From: Octopus sinensis
Lineage: Eukaryota
Direction of reading: 5' to 3'
DNA: 17,073 nucleotides
Assembly (NCBI RefSeq): GCF_006345805.1
Contig: NW_021824994.1
Span: 1-17,073 of the forward strand
Of the stretch, positions 8,675-16,456 are shown piece after piece. A program made the translations under genes and the position numbers. Numbering within the stretch: the stretch's first letter is position 1; each line of letters begins with the position of its first letter. The notes beneath the pieces are model-generated. The model was not told the origin of the DNA. It saw only the letters and a program-made list of their open reading frames with translations, and did no database searches.

Positions 8675-8845
8675 CATAATTACTCGAAATGCGGAGTAGA
8701 TAAAGCAGCGGATAACTGATGAAGGGATTGTTTTTTATGTTGCTTGTCTCGTTTTTCTATTTGTTTCTTTTGTTCTTCAAAAAAAGTTCGTTTTCCATGA
8801 TTTTGTATTTCGTGTTGTTTACGTTTTTTGACGTCCTGTACCCAT
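8675..8845 (+). mobile_element. T-rich microsatellite-embedded repeat with ctgatgaaggg motif
   Basis: Flanked by TA/CATA tracts; shares ctgatgaaggga with the 9370-9417 hammerhead but has no cognate second half. Confidence 0.4.
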
Positions 8846-9052
8846 GTATGCATGTGTATATACATATATACATACATATATATATATATATGTACATGTA
8901 TGTATGTATATATGCACACATATTATTTATATTATTATATGATCGAACGCCACGCATCCATTTCCAAGTAAGTTTTATTCTATATAAATATATAAACAAT
9001 AATATTAGGGAGTATAACTCCAACTTGCATAGTGCTTTTATCTCTAATTTAT

Positions 9053-9054
9053 AT

Positions 9055-9129
<75 letters not shown>

Positions 9130-9229
9130 TACATATACATATATATATATATATATACATATATACATATATATATACATATATACATATATACTATATA
9201 TATATATACACATATATACATACATATAA

Positions 9230-9269
<40 letters not shown>

Positions 9270-9302
9270 GTGTGTGTGTATGTGTGCCGCGCGTGTGTGT
9301 GT
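9053..9302. repeat. Degenerate (TA)n/(CA)n/(GT)n simple repeat
   Basis: Directly visible. Confidence 0.96.
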
Positions 9303-9304
9303 GA

Positions 9305-9620
9305 AATAAAATGAGACAACAAAGCCAAGGCTGTGTGGAATTCTCAGGACATTTATAAAGAGAAAGGTAGTCTTACAGCTGTTTCTGGGATATTACAGAT
9401 ATCCCTTCATCAGAACACGATACGAGAGAGTTGAATAGAGGGAAATAGCAGAGTTCAATATAAGGAGTTATTTTGGAAAAAGATGGATGTAGGAAGTATA
9501 AAGGGAAATAAGAGAATAAAAATAAAAGTTTAAAAAAATATGTAGGATGTAACAGTTGCAGTTCCATTATCCAAGGAAAGAGCTGTGTAGAATGGGTGGA
9601 AACGCTTATTGTCCATGGTA
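9305..9620 (-). mobile_element. Hammerhead-bearing, pyrimidine-rich (minus strand) element, Penelope pseudo-LTR-like; boundaries approximate
   Basis: Contains the hammerhead at 9370-9417; short direct repeat gctgtgtRgaat near 9330 and 9582; abuts the GT/TA tract. Confidence 0.5.
9370..9417 (-). ncRNA. Type I hammerhead ribozyme motif
   Basis: RNA UGUU-CUGAUGA-A-GGGAUAU-CUGUA-AUAUCCC-A-GAAA-CAGCUG-UA-AGAC: perfect core, perfect 7-bp stem II, 8-nt palindrome ACAGCUGU, GUA triplet; stem I is weak (2 bp). Confidence 0.75.
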
Positions 9621-9631
9621 TGTAGATTCCG

Positions 9632-9790
9632 AGAGGGGTTCGGCAAGTAACTTGTGTGGGCCCCCTCCTGACGTTGAGTTTTAGTTTAGAATCCCTCTGT
9701 AGTCACTTTTGGGTTTCACCCTTTCAAGTCCGGCGTAAGTGGATTATTCCCCACCCCCTCCCAAAATATTGCTTTGTACGTGATTTTTAA
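9632..9790 (+). mobile_element. SINE family B, highly diverged copy
   Basis: tgacgttgagttttagtttagaatcc...gtcacttttgggtttcaccctttcaagtc and ccccctcccaaaatattg align loosely to family B. Confidence 0.5.
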
Positions 9791-9796
9791 AAATAT

Positions 9797-9993
9797 TCTT
9801 TTCTACTAAAGGCATTAGGCTTGGAATATTGGCGGAGGGGGCTAGTCTGTTAGATCGATCCCCATCTGTCACTGGTACTTTATTTTACTGACCCCGAAAG
9901 GGAAAGACAAAGTCGACCTCGACGAAATTTGAACTCAGAAAGTAAAGGAATACAAAATGCTGCTAAGCATTTTATCCGGCGTGCTAACGGTTC
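9797..9993 (-). mobile_element. SINE family B copy
   Basis: rc reads ccgttagcacgccggataaaatgcttagcagc...ttctgagttcaaatttcgtcgaggtcgactttgtctttccctttcggggtc...gtaccagtgac. Confidence 0.92.
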
Positions 9994-10050
9994 TTCTTCT
10001 TGCTGTTGTCGAATCCTTGTCTTTATTGTTAGTTATGGCTAATGAGGGGG

Positions 10051-10239
10051 GGGGGCGAGCCTGTAGAATCATTAGCACACTGGACAAAATGCTTAGCAGC
10101 ATTTCCTCCATCTACACGTTCTGAGTTCAAATTCAGCCGAGGTCGACTTTGCCTTTCTTCCTTTCGAGGTCGATGTAATCGACTTATTCCCTCCTCCCTT
10201 AAAATGGCTGGCCTTGTGCCGAAATTTGAAGCCCTTATT
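10051..10239 (+). mobile_element. SINE family B copy with internal deletion
   Basis: ggcgagcctgtagaatcattagcac head, B-box-like gagttcaaattc, gaggtcgactttgcctttcttcctttcgaggtcgat, 3' gctggccttgtgccgaaatttgaa. Confidence 0.93.
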
Positions 10240-10250
10240 TGTTCTGGTTA

Positions 10251-10443
10251 AGGCGGGGACCTGGCAAAAATGCTAGCATGTCGGTCTTCACGTTCTGAGT
10301 TCTAATCCAGCCGACGCCGACTTTGGTTTTCGTTTTTTAGGAGCCGATAAAAAAAAAGGACCAGTTGAATACTGAGGCTGATGTAATCGGTTAGCTTCCG
10401 ACCTCGAAAGTTGAGGCCTTGTAACCACAATAAAGAGGATTAA
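10251..10443 (+). mobile_element. SINE family B copy with shortened head
   Basis: ggcggggacctggcaaaaatgctagc...cgttctgagttctaatccagccgacgccgactttgg...accagttgaatactgaggctgatgtaatcg. Confidence 0.88.
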
Positions 10444-10623
10444 TGGCTACAGTGGGAATTATCTGATGTGTGTGAGTTTGATAAATACATAGGCAGTGTT
10501 TTGTGAAAGAAAGCTTTGCATTAAGGATTAGGACATTTTATGTAGGGGCTACCCAAGATCAGGCTGAAAGGATTCCACTGGTTTAACCATACGTTGTCAT
10601 GTTTTATTCTGGTGCTTTTTTCA

Positions 10624-10843
10624 GGTGGCAAGTTGGCAGAATCGTTAGAGCATCGAACAAAATGCTTAGCGACATTTCATCTGGATCTGTGTTTTGAGTT
10701 GTGTTCTGCCAAGGTTGACTTTTGCTTTCATCCTTTCAGGGTCAAACAAATGTGTACCACTGAAGTACTGGAGTTGATGAAATCAATTTCCCCCCCACCC
10801 CGCAAAATTTCAAGACTTGGGCTTACAATTAAAAGGTTTATTA
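10624..10843 (+). mobile_element. SINE family B near-full-length copy
   Basis: ggtggcaagttggcagaatcgttagagc...gccaaggttgacttttgctttcatcctttcagggtc...gtaccactgaagtactggagttgat. Confidence 0.92.
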
Positions 10844-10861
10844 TGTTTCCTTGTATTATAA

Positions 10862-10917
<56 letters not shown>
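10862..10917. repeat. (TTA)n; equals the (TAA)n tail/target of the minus-strand LINE
   Basis: Directly abuts the LINE 3' end. Confidence 0.97.
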
Positions 10918-10919
<2 letters not shown>

Positions 10920-10960
10920 TTTGCACAGCTTCTAACGCTGGAGATGTACTAGTGTCAGCT

Positions 10961-10977
10961 GTTCACTACCAGTGAAC
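10961..10977 (-). other. 3' UTR stem-loop of the LINE
   Basis: Perfect 7-bp stem GUUCACU-GGU-AGUGAAC, about 14 nt after the stop codon. Confidence 0.7.
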
Positions 10978-10991
10978 TAAGGTAACACCTC

Positions 10992-11720
10992 TTATTTTTC
11001 GAGCACCTTCCAGAGTATTCGAGCGGTTCCAAGCAGTGCTGTTTTCTGCATGTGCTTCACCCATATTGCAGCCCCTATTTGTTCCACGTACTTCTCGAGA
11101 TTTTTGCTCACTGTTCCCAGGGCTCCGACAATTATTGGTACAACAGCTACCTTTTTCATCGACCACAACTGCTTAACCTCCCAAGCTGACCTATCATATC
11201 TATCGACTTTTCTTTCTTTCTTATCGCATACCTTGTTGTCAGCTGGGCATGCTATATCTATGATCCAGCATCGTTTGCTTTCTTTCTCAATTAATACTAT
11301 GTCCGACTTCCTATCCTCTATCTCATGGTCGCACTGAATCATAAAATCCCATAGCATCTTCGCATTATCATTTTTGATGATGCCTTCGGGTTTATGTTCG
11401 TACCACTTTTTTGCTCTGTCAAGTCCATACTTGTTTGCAAAGTGTCCAATGGACAATCCTTGCTGTATTGTCATCACGCCTCTTATATTCCTTCTGGGCT
11501 AGTGGCGTACATTGACTGGCAATATGCCATACGATTTCACCATGTGTCCACAAATTCTGCACTTATCACTTTCTGATGTTTTGTCTATTCTGTATTTGAT
11601 GCAATTCATTCTTAGTGCTTGTTCTGGGGCAGCAAAGATTAGAGCCTCCGTTTCTAGTTTTAAATCACTTTTAGTCATCTTTTTTCTCTGTCTGTCTTAT
11701 CTTCAACATCCCTGTGAAAT
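10992..11720 (-). pseudogene. LINE C-terminal region: CCHC zinc knuckle (11509-11561) and restriction-like endonuclease, frameshifted
   Basis: MHGQF, ETEALIFAAPEQAL, KCRICG, EIVWHIASQC, and ORF 10992-11477; the expected catalytic PD reads SD and the usual RHD reads RDD. Confidence 0.9.
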
Positions 11721-11945
11721 TGTCCATGCATTCTTTTCTTTATCCTCCTATTATCAGTTTCATTCATTCTCAAGTGCTTGTACAGTGCTTTATCTTTGCA
11801 ATCTTCCATCCTACACGAGTTCTATGCTCTAATGCTGTGCTCGCATCCAATCTGTCCTCATCTCCCGCTTTTGGGTGGAGTATCCTATATCTAGTCAGCA
11901 ACTTCCTTGTCTTTTTTCTAAGCTGTTTAGTTTGTCTGCTGTCCA

Positions 11946-12825
11946 TGTGGCAGGACTCTATTTTTTGCCAGATGTCCGTACATTGACTCTGCGACTATTC
12001 CAACCAACAATTTCCACGTAAGTGGCAAACAGGATATCGGCCTGTAATTGTCTACCGTATTGCCTTTTCCGATGTTTTTCAGGCACAGTACTGTCCTACC
12101 CAATGTCCCACCCACTCTGGTTTTGCTTGGTCGGCTTTTAACAAAGTGTTGAGTTGCTCAGCTATTCATGCACGACATTCACCAAATCTTTTGATCCAGT
12201 AGCCTTGAACTCCATCTGGTCCCGGGGCCTTCAAGTTGCTCATTTTTTTTTTGTTTTGCTGATTTCTTCACTTCCTTAACTGAAATAACTATTTCTGCCT
12301 GTTTTGGACAGGCTACTGTTTGTTTCAGTTCTTGCAACCATTCAGCATCCTTCTTGTGCTCCTTGTCTTTGCTCCAGATTTCGTTCCAAAACCTTTGACT
12401 TTCAATGTTGTCCGGTATCAACTTTTCATCTGTACATCCTCCATTTATTTCTTTATAGAATCTACTCTGAATAAACTATTCTGGTGGTAACCCTTCATTC
12501 TTTGGTCGAATCTTACCATCTTTGCTTTCTTTGCAATGAGGCGCTGTTTCAGTTCCTTCACTACTACTTTCAGGCCCTTTCTTTCAATATCATACTTCCT
12601 GTTCAGCACCCTGTATTTTTGTTCGCTTTTAAGCTCCCCCTTTTCTTTTCGGTCTGACACAGAAATGTCCTTCGAGAGCATATCTAACCCCGCCTGTATT
12701 CTTCTTTTCCACCATGGATCTTTTCTTTTGTCACTTCCATTATGTTTCTTTTTCTTGACATCGACACCCACATTTTCTGCTACAACAATACTTGCTGCCT
12801 TATTTGCTTCTGTGAAGTTTTTACA
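11946..12825 (-). pseudogene. LINE N-terminal region and start of reverse transcriptase, frameshifted
   Basis: Track ORFs 12445-12771, 12179-12421 and 11927-12115, plus frame-shifted NLKAPGPDGVQGYWIKRFG (12181-12240). Homology extends to NFTEANKAASIVVAENVG, ending near 12825. Confidence 0.9.
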
Positions 12826-12920
12826 ATAACAATAATAATAACAATAACAATAATAATCATAATAATCATAATAATAATAATAATAATAATAACAATAACA
12901 ATAATAATAATAACAATAAC

Positions 12921-12970
<50 letters not shown>

Positions 12971-12999
12971 TAACAATAATAATAATAATAATAATAATA

Positions 13000-13046
<47 letters not shown>

Positions 13047-13081
13047 TATTATTATTATTATTATTATTATTATCATCATCA
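12823..13081. repeat. (AAT/AAC)n then inverted (ATT)n then (CAT)n; palindromic centre at 13000/13001
   Basis: Directly visible polarity switch aataa|ttatt. Confidence 0.97.
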
Positions 13082-14039
13082 TTTACATGTTGTTAATCTT
13101 CTGTTATTATGTATTATCGATCCACTGTTATTATTCGTGTGTTATTGCTTCTATATCCCCATGTAATATTCGTGTGCTATCATCCATAAGCTATGTGTTG
13201 TCATACGTTGTTATTCAGTGTTATTCTGCTTATCGGGTTTTATTAATTCGTTATTCTTCATGTGGTATTGCTCATATGTTATCATGTGGTATTAATCATT
13301 AGCTGACATGTGTCATTTAGTGTTATTCTTCCCGTTGTTATTCGTGTCTTGTTATTCCTATATTTACCCTACAAACACAGGAAGCAGCATAAAAATTCTT
13401 GTAAAAAAAAATGATTCGTAAAAACTGATTTTAGTCATTTACATTCGCTAGCAGCGTGTATAAAATAAAATAATTAGACAACGCGTGTGTATACTGGAGA
13501 ATAAGTAAACATATCTATGTTTGATAAATACACATTCAGCCTTGCTACATGTCATTTAACCACGTGATTAAATCTCATTGCTCTCTGTAAGGAACGAACC
13601 ATAGATCAAGAAATATATAGATATTCACAGCAAGGTTTGAATCCACGTAGAAAGAAGGAATGGGGAATATTTCCTATTTTATCCACGCATGCGCTTAGCG
13701 TCGGGCATTGGCTAGAATGAAATCCTGAGATTGGGCAAAAACAGAGATATTCCGACACGGCTTCCAATACAGTTTGATGCAGTGATCGATCTCAGGGGCT
13801 CGACATTGACAGGGACATGCCCCTCCTACACGTCTATGTACAAGTTTATTTATTCATATTTATGCGTGTGTGCGCTTATGCACACACACACACATGTAAT
13901 ATCACGCTATCGACCAGACTATGAGATGGTGTTATACATCGCTGATCACAATGCGCTTCACATTGTTTAAGCTTTCGAATGATATCATTCTGTTGACAAG
14001 GCGAGCAGGCCAACATTGGCCCTGATCAGAACACTGTTC

Positions 14040-14162
14040 AATCCACTTACAGCTGAATGGACTGCAACAACGTGAAATGAAATGTTTTGCTCAACAACAC
14101 CACCTTCCGCCCTGTCCAGGAATCGAAACCTCGATCTAGCGTTCGTGTACCTTAACCACTAG
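14040..14162 (-). mobile_element. tRNA-derived SINE family E, head and central domain
   Basis: A box ctagtggtt (rc 14154-14162), B box ggtttcgattcc (rc 14119-14130), then ttgagcaaaacatttcatttcacgttgttgcag, similar to 5298-5331. Confidence 0.85.
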
Positions 14163-14299
14163 ATACACACACACACACACACATGAACACGACGCACACA
14201 CCCAGGCGCGCATGCACGCACACTCTGGCCATTTTCGCACTCTCCTGTCTTCAGAAACCACTTTTTCTACCTCCTTCCGCGTCCGGTCATTCCAACCGT

Positions 14300-14390
14300 G
14301 TAACGACACACGTACTTTTCTTAAACTATTCTTTTCCTTCTTTCCGGATCTTTCCTCTTTCCTCTTCCTGACGAAGAGCCATGCTATGTT
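14300..14390 (+). mobile_element. Family C-related fragment with hammerhead 5' half-core
   Basis: ggatctttcc...CTGACGAAGAGC-cat-GCT matches family C ggatctttcc...CYGACGAAGAGC-tcc-GCTC, but CGAAAC is missing. Confidence 0.55.
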
Positions 14391-14618
14391 TCTGCCTTGA
14401 AGTGGTCAAGCTTTGTTTCAGAGCAGTCTGTCGCCTTCTAGTGTGTGTGTGTATAGTCATATAGTTATTTATACATACACATACGTATATACATACGCAT
14501 GTATATACGTATATCTATGTACAGTGTAAATACAATAAACAATTATAAAGACAAAAGACACAAGTCACTACAAATAAGGTGTAGCTCGTATAGAAGTGTG
14601 CATTTATACATGCATGAG

Positions 14619-14686
<68 letters not shown>

Positions 14687-14688
14687 AA

Positions 14689-14879
14689 GTTAATCCAAAC
14701 ATGAAAACCCAAAAAGAAGACACAACAACGCGAGGACGTGGAACAAGTATAGTGTTATTGGACGCTCAGGAGAGAAGGAAAGAAGAAGGATTTAACGTTT
14801 CGAGCGGAGCTCTTCGTCAGAAACATAGGAAAAGGAAAGATCCAAGGCAGGGAAGACGGAGGAAAAAATCGCCAACGGT

Positions 14880-14883
<4 letters not shown>
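14689..14883 (-). mobile_element. Family C copy 2: microsatellite-embedded hammerhead element
   Basis: Co-linear with 6479-6677; (CT)n(TA)n on the left, (CA)n on the right. Confidence 0.85.
14790..14824 (-). ncRNA. Minimal type I hammerhead ribozyme motif, canonical CUGACGA core
   Basis: RNA GUUU-CUGACGA-A-GAGC-UCC-GCUC-GAAA-CG-UU-AAAU. Confidence 0.72.
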
Positions 14884-14916
<33 letters not shown>

Positions 14917-15122
14917 CTCTTTTACTTTTTTACTTGTTTCAGTCATTTGACTATGCAGGAGCACCGCCTTTTAGTCGAGCAAATCGACCCCAGGACTTAT
15001 TCTTTGTAAGCCTAGTGCTTATTCTAACGGTCTCTTTTACCGAACCGCTAAGTTACGGAGACGTAAACACACCTACATCGGTTGTCAAGCGATGGTGGGG
15101 GTGGACAAACACAGACACACAA

Positions 15123-15183
<61 letters not shown>

Positions 15184-15353
15184 CATATACGACGGGATTC
15201 TTTCAGTTTCCATATACCAAATCCACTCACAAGGCTTTGGTCGGCCTTGGCTATAGTAGAAGACACTTGCTCAACGTGTCACGCAGTGGGACTGAACCCG
15301 GAACCATGTGGTTGGTAAGCAAGCTACTTACCACACACAGCCACTCCTACGCC

Positions 15354-15355
<2 letters not shown>
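14917..15355 (-). mobile_element. tRNA-derived SINE family A, near full length, with internal CA/TA microsatellite
   Basis: A box tggctgtgtgtgg (rc 15331-15343), B box ggttcagtccc (rc 15288-15298), CORE-like ttgagcaagtgtcttc, internal microsatellite at about 15120-15188, 3' tail ggcggtgctcc...gactgaaacaagtaaa. May correspond to the octopus OR1/OR2-type CORE-SINEs (unverified). Confidence 0.93.
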
Positions 15356-15443
<88 letters not shown>

Positions 15444-15863
15444 ATATATATATGTGTGTGTATATATATGTATGTATGTATATTCTATGATATATTTGTG
15501 CGCGTTTATGTGTGTGTATGTGTAGGTATGATTTTATTAATTGAGAATCGAAATGTGCTGTTTGTAAGATAAATAAACATAGTCGGCGTGAGGAGTGACA
15601 CAGTCTGATGTGTGAGACAGATATACGAGCATCTATATCTTGCGTGTTTGCTTAAATCTTTATTCAGCCGCACTAAATTTTAGTTATGCGACCAAATCCA
15701 GATTAGAAGACAACCAGACAAACAGCAAAATGTAAGAAACTAAATTTCTCATTGCGTATTTCAATATATCGTGGGACGTCAAGGGGATAATCAAAGCCTG
15801 ATGTAGATTTCGTAACTAGATAGAAAGCGGGGTAGCTGGGGGTAGCACAATACCCGTTCATAC

Positions 15864-15899
15864 ACATTGCACTAAATGTCCGAACATTTAGTGCAATGT
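15864..15899. other. Perfect 16-bp hairpin with 4-nt loop
   Basis: acattgcactaaatgt-ccga-acatttagtgcaatgt. Confidence 0.95.
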
Positions 15900-16030
15900 C
15901 CACGCACACACAGTGAGCATTTAGTGGAGTGGACAGCCATGTCTGACCCTTAACTAATGTAAAAATACCACAGAACCAATCGCGTATAGCAAACCTCACA
16001 GTGAGTTTAAGGGTTTATTTATCGTCTTTT

Positions 16031-16240
16031 AGCTTTTAATTGTTTCAGGCATTAGACTGCGGTCATGCTGGGGCCACGTCTAGAAGAATTTAAATTGAAT
16101 TTATTATTTTATTTATTTTATTTTTGTGAGTCCTTGTACTTATTCTATCGGACGCTTGCCGAACTGCTAAGTTACGAAGACGTAAGCACACCAACACCGA
16201 TGTCAAGCAGTGGCGGGGGACAACACACACACACACACAG
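16031..16240 (-). mobile_element. SINE family A, 3' half
   Basis: tgtttcaggcattagactgcggtcatgctgggg...gtacttattctatcgg...gccgaactgctaagttacg...tgtcaagcagtggcgggggac is homologous to 14931-15115. Confidence 0.88.
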
Positions 16241-16250
16241 ACGTGCACGG

Positions 16251-16268
16251 TATATATAATATTATATA

Positions 16269-16341
<73 letters not shown>

Positions 16342-16365
16342 GTATATGTATAGATAGATAGATAG

Positions 16366-16448
<83 letters not shown>

Positions 16449-16456
16449 GATAGATT
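16251..16456. repeat. (TA)n then (GATA)n microsatellite
   Basis: Directly visible. Confidence 0.97.

Larger units (their letters stand above)
10918..12825 (-). mobile_element. R4/Dong-clade (RLE-type) non-LTR retrotransposon, 5'-truncated, internally deleted, inactive
   Basis: Frameshifted segments [64 protein letters not shown] (CCHC), and KSDIVLIEKE..CWIIDIACPAD (PD-(D/E)xK-type); C-terminal KTALLGTARIL; (TAA)n tail. Confidence 0.92.

Noticed and set aside
8716-8730. CTGATGAAGGG as a hammerhead core
   Set aside because: No downstream CCC-GAAA. A type II arrangement using the upstream ctcGAAA fails because stems I and III cannot form.
10231-10991. SINE B as the partner of the R4/Dong LINE
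   Set aside because: The 3' ends share no sequence and the tails have opposite polarity (ATT versus TAA on the sense strands).
11050-12829. Plus-strand ORFs over the LINE (11050-11337, 11512-11832, 11714-11986, 12536-12829)
   Set aside because: Antisense shadows of the A-rich LINE coding strand.
13684-13736. NRF1-like cacgcatgcgc plus two inverted CCAAT boxes as a promoter
   Set aside because: Short motifs with no CpG island or downstream gene evidence.
5340-15355. tRNA genes at the A/B-box sites (5354-5390, 6065-6121, 14119-14162, 15288-15343)
   Set aside because: No cloverleaf can be completed and each continues into a SINE body.
14934-15572. 212-aa ORF, the longest in the track
   Set aside because: It lies almost entirely in the antisense of SINE A plus microsatellites.
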